A stretch of 63,740 nt of DNA, counting the filler, from Anaerolineae bacterium (GTDB lineage: Bacteria; Chloroflexota; Anaerolineae; Epilineales; Epilineaceae), in NCBI GenBank assembly GCA_029262755.1. It is 4 parts of 4 records of this genome, joined end to end, with 100 filler letters (N's around TTAATTAATTAA, not from the genome) between each part and the next. Parts side by side here need not be neighbours in the genome. Positions count along the whole stretch, not along the records: positions 29,191 to 55,238 come from JAJCYU010000379.1; positions 55,339 to 60,756 come from JAJCYU010000386.1; 2 more parts are not named here. The stretch is one strand, 5' to 3'. The position numbers and the translations under genes are program-made. The notes beneath the pieces were generated by a model. It had not been told where the DNA came from and did no database searches. It was given only the letters and a program-made list of their open reading frames with translations. This document shows positions 48,401 through 56,662 of this stretch, piece by piece; positions within the stretch are counted from its first letter, which is position 1; each line of letters opens with the position of its first letter.

Positions 48401-48680
48401 CGTCTCGGCCCGTCTCGGCGACACCGATGGTGCGCGCGTTGCAAACGAGAAGGTGCTTGAGATCGCACCGGGGGATCGCGACACGCTACGTAACCTCGCC
48501 ATCCTCGAACGCGACGCCGGCAACCGCGAAGCCGCCTGCGACTGGATCGCGCAAGGCCTGACGCTCTACCCGGGTGATCCCGGCCTACAGCAGCTCAACA
48601 CCCTGCCCGAGCTCGCCTGCGGCATCGACGCTTCGATGTTGGGCGGCGAGGACGCGGTTGAAGGCGGGAGCGCGCCATAA
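45411..48680 (+). CDS. O-antigen ligase-like (Wzy_C) polytopic membrane protein with C-terminal TPR region
   Basis: 'STMGNSIF', 'SQSRG', 'RVLIW', 'GHGPE', 'DRSHNEAFD'; many TM helices; TPR-like helical repeats; GAGGA SD. Confidence 0.88.
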   Translation: MPSRVAQFAARLVETCWLAAVMVVPLFFNVWSNRVFEPDKLTLLRSIAWIMVAAGIVLWMEKGLPRGGEGGIRRWFRTPLVAPIFALTAVYILSSVFSRAPRMSVLGSYNRLQGLYTWLAYVALFAGIVVLLKRRSQLDRLIQALILPSMPIALYAVVQRFGLDPMPWLGDVTVRIASTMGNSIFVAAYLIMVVPLTIVRLFEALRSLDEDESSAAVLRVAGYLVLVFIQVLAIVLSQSRGPLLGLMGGCFFLLLLLAAYRGRKAMLGVLAVGTAAAVFLIVFNLPGSPLAPLREVPYIGRLGQVFEVGRGTGRVRVLIWDGAVDLIQSDPARLLVGHGPETMHVVYNPFYPPELGNLESRNASPDRSHNEAFDALVQTGLLGFAAYLFLFVSLFYYGLRWLGMIDNARERNTFLGLVFGTGVLSAAGFEWWTRSGDAAGAWTFFGVAFPAGMIVGLMLYVVLQALRGGEAPRTPGRLLVAGLMGGLIAHFIEIHFGIAIAATRTLFFAMSGLLVVIGALSAGRPGLGLADDLVEDEADGPTSAAPASSGRKRKGRSKRRSAIRGQGTFVPPAWVSWMSAAWLLLVVLVTLTFDFIVRSEPEQEQLFVLVWLISLSWLLGALILGSEERVRHPEGGIGLFAGLTLGVLSMYAILHWATLATGTGVGAATSSGLLVIYYAVLLLVLLAWAWTLTQGDAPPPTAIRGHASWLYFLLALGAVAASLWTNVNVVRADIWYKQAFAGYHANATSLANRGDAPNAEANYTAAIQSYDKAFDLNGGEDYYLLFKGKALLEQADGTAAGLDRELAQADVARTGSEYELDGLQAQVRARDDQFEAALAVLEQAYELAPLNTDHSANVARAYQVWGDRTYDAARRAERLAESVRWFVGDPAAGIPGATSLSPQNAGLRRELATTQYLAGDTQGALATIDEALAIDSRFLLPLRLRATIRVEEASGKAAANDSEGAQESWELARADYQAYTETREGARDATAWSGLALVSARLGDTDGARVANEKVLEIAPGDRDTLRNLAILERDAGNREAACDWIAQGLTLYPGDPGLQQLNTLPELACGIDASMLGGEDAVEGGSAP

Positions 48681-48703
48681 CCCGGCCCGACATCATCGGC
48701 TAC

Positions 48704-49702
48704 GTGCTCGTCGCGGCGGGCGCGCTGGCGCTGGCCGCCGGCGCGACGCCTCTCGCCCGCCGCGCGGCGTCGCGCTTCGGGCTGATCGACGCGCCCATCG
48801 GCCGCAAGGCGCACGGCGAGCCGATTCCGCTGCTGGGCGGCGCGGCGATCTACGCGGCCGTGGTGCTCGCCGCGGTCCTGTTCGTAGGCCGGCAAGAGCT
48901 CTCCGCCTTGATCGCCATCCTGGGCGGTGCGACGGTTGTAGCCTTGGTCGGGCTCTTTGACGATCACAACCCGCTCGGCGCCGTGCCTAAGCTGGCCGGT
49001 CAGGTAGCCGGCGCGGGAGTCATGATCGCCGGCGGTGTCGCCGTGCAGCTCACGGGCAGCCCCGCTTTGGACGCGGCGTTGACCGTGCTCTGGGTGGTGG
49101 TGCTGGTCAACGCGTTCAACTTCCAGGACAACATGGACGGCATGGCGGGCGGCCTCGGCATGGTGGCCGCCGGCTGGTTTCTCGTGCTCGCCATCGACAA
49201 CGGCCAGCTGCTCGTCGCCCCACTTGCCGCGGCGGTCATGGGCGCATGCGCCGGCTTCCTGCTCTACAACTTCAACCCCGCGACCATCTTCATGGGCGAT
49301 GTCGGCAGCCTCTTCCTCGGCTTCGTCCTGGCGGCCCTGGCCATCAAGCTGCGCTTTCCCTCACGCGATGTGGCCGTCACCTTCCTGGTCCCCGTGCTCA
49401 TCTTGGCGCCGGTGCTCTTCGACCTGACCCTCGTGACCGTGTCGCGCGTGCGCCGCGGCGTGAACCCGTTTACGACGGCCGGACGCGATCACACATCGCA
49501 TCGGCTGGCCGACCGGGGTCTCGGTACGCGCCGCGCGGTGCTCGCGCTCTATCTGGCGGCGCTGTGCACGGGCGCCCTCGGCGCGGCGACGAGCCGTTTG
49601 GCACCGCCGTGGGGCTGGCTCCCTCCCGTGGCGGCCGGCCTCTTCGCGCTATGGGCCTTGTGGGTTCTGGAGCTACGTCACCGGGTCGCGGACGCCGGCT
49701 GA
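48704..49702 (+). CDS. MraY/WecA (GT4) undecaprenyl-phosphate GlcNAc-1-phosphate transferase
   Basis: 'RKAH...PLLGG', 'GLFDD', 'NAFNFQDNMDG', 'YNFNPATIFMGDVGS', 'RDHTSHRL'. Confidence 0.92.
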   Translation: MLVAAGALALAAGATPLARRAASRFGLIDAPIGRKAHGEPIPLLGGAAIYAAVVLAAVLFVGRQELSALIAILGGATVVALVGLFDDHNPLGAVPKLAGQVAGAGVMIAGGVAVQLTGSPALDAALTVLWVVVLVNAFNFQDNMDGMAGGLGMVAAGWFLVLAIDNGQLLVAPLAAAVMGACAGFLLYNFNPATIFMGDVGSLFLGFVLAALAIKLRFPSRDVAVTFLVPVLILAPVLFDLTLVTVSRVRRGVNPFTTAGRDHTSHRLADRGLGTRRAVLALYLAALCTGALGAATSRLAPPWGWLPPVAAGLFALWALWVLELRHRVADAG

Positions 49703-49913
49703 GCGCGATCGTCGGCGAGCCCTAGGGGCGGATCGTCGTCGCGCTCATGGCTCGGTGGCACACCGCCAGGGTCACGGGAAACAGGGCGTGCCGCACCGCC
49801 GATAACCCCCTGATCTCTGCGGCCGGTCGGCCCGCATGCTATCATCGGCCGCTGTCGTCCGACCGCCCACATGCGCGATGTACCGACGTCGCGTCCGCGC
49901 CTGGACCGGCCCC

Positions 49914-51356
49914 ATGATCTCGCAGGCCCCACACCCCGCCACCGGCTCAGCCGACGCCAACGGTCCCACGCCCGCCCTCGAGCGCGCGCCGGCCGAAACG
50001 TCGCGTGTCGCCGCCGCGCTTGCCGCGCGTATCGCGCAGCGGCGTGCACGGGTCGGCGTGATCGGCCTGGGCTACGTCGGGCTGCCGCTGGCCATGGCGC
50101 TTGCCGAGCAGGGCTTCGACGTGACCGGCATCGACGTCAACACGGCCAAGATCGACGGCCTGCGTAGCGGCCGCAGCCCGATCGCCGACATCTCTCACGA
50201 CCGGTTGGCAGCCGTCGCCGAAGGCGGGCATTTGTCCTTCACGACCGACGAAGACGTCATCGCCCGCTGCGAAGCGCTTTTCGTGTGCGTGCCCACGCCC
50301 TTCGACCGCCACAAGACGCCTGACCTGCGCTATGTGGTCTCCGCGGCCGAGGCGATCGGCCGGCGGCTGAGCCGCGGCACCCTCGTCGTGCTTCAGAGCA
50401 CAACCTATCCCGGCACCACCGACGAGATCGTCCGGCCGCGACTCGAGCTGGACGGCCGCCGGGCGGGGCAGGACTTCTTCCTTGCCTTCAGCCCGGAACG
50501 AATCGATCCCGGCGTGCCGGAGCATACGGTGATGAACACGCCCAAGGTGGTCGGCGGCGTCACGCCGGACTGTCTTGCGCTTGCAGAGTCACTCCTCGGC
50601 ACGCTCGGCACCGCCGTGCACCGGGTATCGAGCCCGGCCGTGGCCGAGCTGACCAAGCTGCTGGAGAACACCTTCCGCAATGTGAACATCGCCCTCGTAA
50701 ACGAGCTGGCGCTGCTGTGCGAGCGCATGGGCATCGACGTGTGGGAGGTCATCGAGGCCGCCGCGACGAAGCCCTTCGGCTTCATGCCCTTCCGCCCTGG
50801 CGCGGGCGTCGGCGGGCATTGCATCCCGATCGACCCGCACTACCTAAGTTGGAAGGCCAGGGAGTACGATTTCCCGACCCGCTTCATCGAGCTCGCGGGC
50901 GATATCAACGGCCGCATGCCACACCACGTCGTCGATCGCATCGACGAGGCGCTCAACCGCAGCGGCAAGGCGGTGCGCGACGCCCGCGTGCTCGTGCTTG
51001 GCGTGGCCTTCAAGCCGAACGTTGACGACGCCCGCCACTCGCCGGCAGAGCGTGTCATCGCGCTCCTGCGTGCCCGCGGCGCGCAGGTGGCGTACCATGA
51101 TCCTCACGTCCCGCGCTTTCGGGTCGGCGGCGACGTCTTCTTGCCCACCCGCGAGACGCTGAACGGCATCGACCTCGACGAGCGATCGTTGACCGAAGCC
51201 GATGTCGTAGCGATCATCGCCCGACACGACGCGGTCGACTATGACTTCGTCTGCCGTCACGCATCCATGGTGGTGGACACAGCCAACGCGACCGGCGCCA
51301 TGGGCGACACAAACGCGGTGGTCCTGCGCCTCGGCGCACCCGCGCCGCCTTTGTAG
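49914..51356 (+). CDS. Nucleotide-sugar dehydrogenase (UDP-GlcNAc/ManNAc 6-dehydrogenase, WbpA/WecC-like)
   Basis: 'GLGYVGLPLA', 'CVPTP', 'STTYPGTT', 'SPERIDPG', 'KLLENTFRNVNIA', 'GVGGHCIPIDP'. Confidence 0.93.
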   Translation: MISQAPHPATGSADANGPTPALERAPAETSRVAAALAARIAQRRARVGVIGLGYVGLPLAMALAEQGFDVTGIDVNTAKIDGLRSGRSPIADISHDRLAAVAEGGHLSFTTDEDVIARCEALFVCVPTPFDRHKTPDLRYVVSAAEAIGRRLSRGTLVVLQSTTYPGTTDEIVRPRLELDGRRAGQDFFLAFSPERIDPGVPEHTVMNTPKVVGGVTPDCLALAESLLGTLGTAVHRVSSPAVAELTKLLENTFRNVNIALVNELALLCERMGIDVWEVIEAAATKPFGFMPFRPGAGVGGHCIPIDPHYLSWKAREYDFPTRFIELAGDINGRMPHHVVDRIDEALNRSGKAVRDARVLVLGVAFKPNVDDARHSPAERVIALLRARGAQVAYHDPHVPRFRVGGDVFLPTRETLNGIDLDERSLTEADVVAIIARHDAVDYDFVCRHASMVVDTANATGAMGDTNAVVLRLGAPAPPL

Positions 51357-51428
51357 ATCGCCAGCGCCCCCTCGGCCTCTACCGCATCCAATACCCCGTT
51401 GCCCCAACGCCTGACCCAGGAGACCTTC

Positions 51429-52010
51429 ATGACCAAGCAACAGCGCGAGCGCATCACCGAGCGCAACCGGCCCAAGCGCCGTATCGTGGAAGAAGACGCC
51501 GCCGGCGCTCCGGAAGCCGGGATACGCAACCCGGTCGTCGCGACTGCCGTGGGCTCGCTTGTGCTTGCCGTGCTCCTAGGCGGCTGGTCCTTCTTCACCA
51601 CGGAGCCGACGCCCCCGGCAACCGCAGCTCCGGAAGCACCGGCCATCGACGGCTTGCCCGAGGGCTTCGACATCGATTCGATCCCGACACCCAACATCGA
51701 CCTCCTGCAGGACGACGATGATTCCGGAGCCGTCGAGGGCGACGTCGACGAAGGTGCAGAGGGCGACGCGGACGCAGGCGAAGGTGCAGAAGACGCGCCG
51801 GTGGAAAGCGACGCCGACGAAGATTCGGAAGAAGGCGCGCCCGAGAGCGGCGAAGGCGACGGCGCCACGGAAAGCGGCGACGCAGCTGGTGACGACAGCG
51901 GCGACGGCGACGACGAGGGCACGGGAGACGAAGGCGGTGACGCCGACGATCCTCCGAGCGACGGCGAAGAGTCGGGCGGCGAGGACGATGCGGCCTCCGA
52001 CGACGGTTGA
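51429..52010 (+). CDS. Single-pass membrane protein with very acidic Asp/Glu/Gly low-complexity tail
   Basis: AGGAG SD; one TM helix; roughly 100 aa D/E/G/A/S-rich C-terminus. Confidence 0.7.
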   Translation: MTKQQRERITERNRPKRRIVEEDAAGAPEAGIRNPVVATAVGSLVLAVLLGGWSFFTTEPTPPATAAPEAPAIDGLPEGFDIDSIPTPNIDLLQDDDDSGAVEGDVDEGAEGDADAGEGAEDAPVESDADEDSEEGAPESGEGDGATESGDAAGDDSGDGDDEGTGDEGGDADDPPSDGEESGGEDDAASDDG

Positions 52011-52160
52011 TCGCGCTCGCTCCCACCGCATGACTTAGATTGGTATCCGAGGCGACCGGAAGGAATCCACGTCCGAGTCTCTATTGTTGAACGAAGCATC
52101 CCAGTGAAGTCGAACGAAAGACCGTACCCCACCCCACCCCATACCAGGAGCAGAAGTCCC

Positions 52161-52907
52161 ATGAACAGTACCTGGAAGCGAGCGGCACTGTTGGCCGCGA
52201 TCCTTGGCATGAGCAGCCTCAGCGCGTGCGGCGACGATGCGGCCGGCGACGATCCCATCAGCGGTGGCGCGAGTGGCGCCGGTGAGGCCGCGCCCGTGGC
52301 GACCGTCGCCGAGGCGGACGTCGCGCCGGTCGAAGTCGATGCGCGCGCAGGCGCGTACACCGCGCCGGCCGACATGGGCCTGCAGCCCGGCGAAAACGCA
52401 TACTTTGCGACCATCAAGACCACCAAGGGCGACATCGAGGTCGAGCTCTTCCCCGAGGTTGCGCCCCAGCACGTCAACAGCTTCATGTTCCTCAGCGAGG
52501 CCGGCTTCTACGACGGCCTCGTCTTCCATCGCGTCGTGCCGGGCTTCGTGATTCAAGGCGGCGACCCGACCGGCACGGGCGGCGGCGGCCCCGGCTACAG
52601 CATTCCGGCCGAGTTCAATTCGGAGAACCCGGTTCCCCATCGCGTCGGCACGCTAGCCATGGCCCGCTCGGGCGATCCGAACTCCGGGGGCAGCCAGTGG
52701 TACATCGTGCTGGAGGACTCGCCGTCGGCCACCGGCCTCAACGGCCAGTACACGGTCTTCGGCCACGTCACGAGCGGCATGAGCGTCGTGCAGCAAATTG
52801 CCCAGGGTGACGGCATCGTCGAGATCCGCACCACCGCAAAGGACATCTCGGAGCGTGTGATCAGCCCGGACGATCTCCGCGGCGGCACCCTTCCCGAGAA
52901 CAACTAG
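52161..52907 (+). CDS. Cyclophilin-type peptidyl-prolyl isomerase, lipoprotein
   Basis: Lipobox LSAC; 'FYDGLVFHRVVPGFVIQGGDPTGTGGGGPGY', 'GTLAMAR', 'YTVFG'. Confidence 0.95.
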   Translation: MNSTWKRAALLAAILGMSSLSACGDDAAGDDPISGGASGAGEAAPVATVAEADVAPVEVDARAGAYTAPADMGLQPGENAYFATIKTTKGDIEVELFPEVAPQHVNSFMFLSEAGFYDGLVFHRVVPGFVIQGGDPTGTGGGGPGYSIPAEFNSENPVPHRVGTLAMARSGDPNSGGSQWYIVLEDSPSATGLNGQYTVFGHVTSGMSVVQQIAQGDGIVEIRTTAKDISERVISPDDLRGGTLPENN

Positions 52908-53337
52908 ACATAGACATGCGCGGCTAGCGCCGCGCAAGAGGGGGCAGTGCGAGGGCGCCCGGTCGGGGGAATCCGACCGGGCGGTTTCGCGTCCCGGCAA
53001 TGTGGCTGTGTGCGGTCGGAGCGTCGTCGATTGCATTGGTATGGGATTGTCGCATGGTCGCGGTGGCGCATGGTCGCGGTGGCGCGCCGTCGCGGTGGCG
53101 CGCCGTCGCGCGGCACCCTTGCCGAGAACAATTGACATGCGCGGCTAGCGCCGCGCAAGAGGGGGCAGTGCGAGGGCGCCCGGTCGGGGGAATCCGGCCG
53201 GGCGGTTTCGCGTCCCGGCAATGTGGCTGTGTGCGGTCGGAGCGTCGTCGTTTGCACCGGAAATGGGTAGGCCCTCGGTCGGATAGACGCAAGGTCGCGG
53301 GTGTCGCGGTGTCGCATGGTCGCGGTGCCGCGCCGTA
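52883..53337. repeat. Imperfect ~228-bp tandem duplication that includes the last codons of the cyclophilin gene
   Basis: 52913-53035 vs 53134-53256: 123 bp with 2 mismatches; both preceded by CGGCACCCTT(C/G)CCGAGAACAA and followed by GTCGC-based octamer repeats. Confidence 0.9.
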
Positions 53338-53457
53338 ACAGTGCCGTGCGACTTCGAGTGTCGCGGGTGCCGCGGGTTCGACGATCTCTGCCTCGCCCAG
53401 CCGCAGGCCGGCGCGAGACGACGTGTCTTCCCAATACCCCTGTACGTTGCCAACTCG

Positions 53458-53487
53458 TTGACATGGCGGACTCCGCCGTGGTAGGCT
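53458..53487 (+). promoter_or_regulatory. Sigma70-type promoter for the valS leader
   Basis: TTGACA (53458) - 18 nt - TAGGCT (53482), with TG extension. Confidence 0.55.
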
Positions 53488-53512
53488 GCCGCCCGCACAA
53501 TCGCAGACTAGC

Positions 53513-53792
53513 GAGACGAGGAACCGGAGGAGTAGACGGCGCGGCGCTCATAGAGAGGTGGGGTCATCGGCTGGGAGCCCTGCTGGGAATGCCGCCGTCG
53601 AAGGTCGCCGGGGAGTCGCGTGAGGGAAGGCGTTGGGCCCAGGTACGGGTCCGCTGCGCTTCTACCTTGCGCCGGGCGCCGCCCGTTAGCGCGGCATCGA
53701 GCGTCATGTCGGTCCGGCTGGGCCGGCGTGAAATCGGGGTGGTACCGCGGAAGCCCGTCTTTCGTCCCCAGGGACGAGGCGGGCTTTGTGTT
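53513..53792 (+). ncRNA. T-box riboswitch, valine specifier, with intrinsic terminator
   Basis: Stem I with AGTAG, AGAGA and GCTGGGA motifs; specifier GAAG-GTC (Val, 53604-53606); CCGTTA; T-box AATCGGGGTGGTACCGCG; terminator AAGCCCGTCT..TCGTCCC/GGGACGAGGCGGGCTTT. Confidence 0.93.
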
Positions 53793-53811
53793 GCACCGCA
53801 AGGAGAGCTTC

Positions 53812-53985
53812 ATGCGCACGCGAACCGATCATCCCGCCGCCGGCGGGGAGATGGCCAAGGCTTACGAACCCCAGCGCTACGAGGACGCAATCTACCGCTG
53901 GTGGGAGGAGCGCGGCTTCTTCCGTCCGGAGACGCAAGACGCGTTGGGGCAATCCGACCCGGGCGCCGAGCCCTTCGTGATCAGC
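53812..53985 (+). pseudogene. valS: 5' fragment of valine--tRNA ligase, interrupted after PFVIS
   Basis: AAGGAG SD; 'MAKAYEPQRYEDAIYRWWEERGFFRP...PFVIS' is a typical ValRS N-terminus; the expected PPPNVTG is absent and the frame stops at 54075. Confidence 0.88.
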
Positions 53986-54368
53986 GCCGTCAGGAAAGCG
54001 GCCGCGAGTTCTCCGTCCTGCATCGCCAGCACCTCCGGGTGCGTGCCGACGAGCGTGCCATCCTTGAACAGGTGATAGCCCGGGACCATGTGGAGCATGG
54101 AGAGAATCGGCGTGTCTGCAGCTCTGAAGTGCTTGCGCCAGAACGCAGCCGCCCGGATCGTGTTGCTCCCGATGTAGCCGTAGCTGAACTCGCCCGACTC
54201 TTCGGCATCCAAGTATTGGGCGAGACCCTCCTCGACCACTTTGGCTCGCACGGCGCCGACGTGCACGAGCAGGTACGTCGCTGCCGTTCGCGCGCGGTTG
54301 AACCCGGATTGGTCGAGCGTCGGGAACGCCGGCTTCACGGGCCTACGTCGATGGGGGCTTGTACGCAT
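53892..54368 (-). CDS. Hypothetical protein, weakly thioredoxin-fold-like; 3' end runs antisense into valS
   Basis: 'VPGYHLFKDGTLVGTH' resembles the thioredoxin cis-Pro strand; no CxxC; start uncertain. Confidence 0.4.
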   Translation of the reverse strand: MRTSPHRRRPVKPAFPTLDQSGFNRARTAATYLLVHVGAVRAKVVEEGLAQYLDAEESGEFSYGYIGSNTIRAAAFWRKHFRAADTPILSMLHMVPGYHLFKDGTLVGTHPEVLAMQDGELAAAFLTALITKGSAPGSDCPNASCVSGRKKPRSSHQR

Positions 54369-54637
54369 GATGAGGACGTTACTGAACACCAGTTGCGGTC
54401 CGTCAAGCGCTTTCCGGAACAGCGCCCCAGGCGGCGGGGAAGCGAGGCCGCCACCTCCGGCGGATTCCATAACAATCTTATCCGGTTACCGCAGACCCGG
54501 ATGGCTCAACGACCCAGCAGGCGCTGAGTTGATGTTCAGCGACCTCTCACCGACGTCCGCTCTCAACCCTGTTTCGGTGTGCGCTGACGTAGGATGTCGC
54601 CGAACTGCCGTTCGGCGGCCTCTTGTTTCGGGGGTTT

Positions 54638-55238
54638 CTACACTGCAGCACGGTCTTTCGTTCCTCCCTTTCGTTTGTTTCTTGCGCGCTGCCGGCGGCG
54701 ATACGCGTTCCCGACTTTGTCGCTCGCTTCACGAAGTTCTGACGCGCCCACACTGATGTAGCGCTGCGTGGTCCGGACGTCCTCGTGGCCCAGCGCCTGC
54801 TGAATCACCGCGATGCCGACCCCCTCTCGCGAAAGCGCGGTTGCAACCGAGTGGCGCAACAGGTGGGGCGTGACGTCGCGCGAGATACCCGCCCGCTTCG
54901 CGTAGCCACGCACGGCCTTTTGAATGGTGCGCACCGAGAGCCTGCGGCCTCGGTTGGAGACGAAGAGCGCAGCCTCTCCGTCGGCCGGACGTACGCGCTT
55001 CGAGTCCTGCAAGTAGAACTCAAGGGCCTCAGCGACCACATCGTTGAACTCGACCGGGCGCTGCTTGTCGCCCTTGGTGCGCACCCGCAGAAGCACGCGG
55101 TTCTCGAAATCCACTTGGTCGAGATCGAGGTTGACCACCTCAGTGACGCGAAAGCCGCAGTGAAACGCAACTTGCAGCATGGCGACGTTGCGCGTCCGGT
55201 AGGGCGCCGGCGAGTGCGCCTCGACCGCGTCGAGCAGG
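54638..55238 (-). CDS. Tyrosine recombinase/integrase (XerC/D-like), C-terminal catalytic domain; 5' end cut by gap
   Basis: 'RNVAMLQVAFHCGFRVTE', 'RTKGDKQR', 'TPHLLRHSVAT', 'LGHEDVRTTQRY': R-K-H-R-H-Y all present. Confidence 0.93.
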
Positions 55239-55338
55239 NNNNNNNNNNNNNNNNNNNNNNNNNNNNNNNNNNNNNNNNNNNNTTAATTAATTAANNNNNN
55301 NNNNNNNNNNNNNNNNNNNNNNNNNNNNNNNNNNNNNN
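55239..55338. other. Artificial contig linker
   Basis: N-run with central TTAATTAATTAA. Confidence 0.99.
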
Positions 55339-55783
55339 CCGCGCCGCGCTCGACGCGGCCCTCGACCGCCTCGCCGGCACCGTCGCGGAGGGTACACGGC
55401 TGGACCTCGGCCTCTCGGTCGGCGCGAGCACCCTCGCGCAGGTCGATGCCTCCCGTTGGCGCGCGATGGTCTTCCTCACGGACGGCCTACCCAACCGCGT
55501 CCCCTTCGGCCCAGGCTCCTCGAGCCCCGCGTGCCCCAACCAGGAATGCACGGTCCTCGATGCCGCCACGTCGGCACGCGCGCTCGACGTAACCATCCAC
55601 ACCGTCGGCTTCGGCCGCGCCGACGCGCCGGACCTCTCCGACCGCATCCTCCCCGAACTCCTGACCGACATCGCCGGCCACCGAGACCGCTACCACGAGA
55701 CCGACGACGCCGGCGTGCTGGCCGTCGTCTTCCGCCGCATCGCGCTGGAGCTGGGCTGCGTGGGCGGGACGGGCTGGCCGTAG
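55339..55783 (+). CDS. vWA-domain protein, C-terminal part (5' end cut by gap)
   Basis: 'GTRLDLGL', 'MVFLTDGLPN', 'TIHTVGFG', 'LLTDIAG...RY'. Confidence 0.85.
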
Positions 55784-55972
55784 GGGGGAGATGTGGGATG
55801 GAAGTTGGATGGGGTTCGGGGAGCGCGTTGGATCCGGAGTTCGATGATTCCCGAAGTAGCTGGCGCCCAAGCCTGCTTTGATGTCGCGTGACCGCAATTC
55901 GCATCTAGTCTGCGCGGCCGGTCGACATGTTCTCGCGACGTCCAATCCCGTATTCCAAACGGTGAGGCAGCC

Positions 55973-56509
55973 ATGACCCCCATCCCCGACGCCCCTACCT
56001 TCCCCGACCGGCACACTGTTCTCTTCGAGCGGACCTTCGAAGCGCCGGTTGAGCGCGTGTGGCATATGCTCAGCGAGCCGGAGGAGATGGCGCGTTGGTT
56101 CATGCCCACGACCTTGGAGCCCCGCGTCGGAGGGCGCTTCTCCTGCGAGGGCGGGTGGGACGGAACGATCAGCACGTGGGAGCCCGGCCGCTGCTTCCAA
56201 TTCGACGCGGACGAGGGCGGCATCACGCGCTTCGCGATCGAGCCGGATGGAACCGGCACGCGCTTCACGCTGACCGACCGCTTGCCGCCGGACATCTCGC
56301 TCACGACGGAGGGCGCGACATGGCAGGACATGCCGGTCGGCGCCCGTCAGCCGGGCGGACCCGGTACGCATTGGCCGGGCGTCCTCGCCGGCTGGCACGG
56401 CTTCGTCGACGCGCTCGCGTGTCACCTGGAGGGGCGCGATTGTCCGTTCGACTACCCAGCGATGGTGGAGCAGTACGGGGCGTGGGTGGAGCATCGGTGG
56501 AAGTCGTGA
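55973..56509 (+). CDS. SRPBCC/AHSA1 domain protein
   Basis: 'FERTFEAPVERVW...L.EPEEMARWF', 'EPRVGGRF', 'GW...DAL...L'; GAGG SD. Confidence 0.88.
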   Translation: MTPIPDAPTFPDRHTVLFERTFEAPVERVWHMLSEPEEMARWFMPTTLEPRVGGRFSCEGGWDGTISTWEPGRCFQFDADEGGITRFAIEPDGTGTRFTLTDRLPPDISLTTEGATWQDMPVGARQPGGPGTHWPGVLAGWHGFVDALACHLEGRDCPFDYPAMVEQYGAWVEHRWKS

Positions 56510-56662
56510 GTGGCTGCACGTACTAGCGGTCGCGGCACGTCGCGTCGAGCGGGACGGAGCTGCAACGATGGTTCGATAGGCTTGCGATCATCACCGCCTA
56601 CGTGGTCGACCGGCACCGCGTAGAGTATCGGTGCGCCCTAAGTTCATTTGAAAGGCTCGAAA

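Noticed and set aside
51257..52486. 409-aa Ser/Pro-rich minus-strand ORF
   Set aside because: Antisense shadow of the acidic protein and cyclophilin, which have SD sites and recognisable motifs.
52883..53337. Possible CRISPR array
   Set aside because: Only two long units, no 23-47-bp repeat with unique spacers and no cas genes. The same applies to 60857-60943 and 29857-29928.
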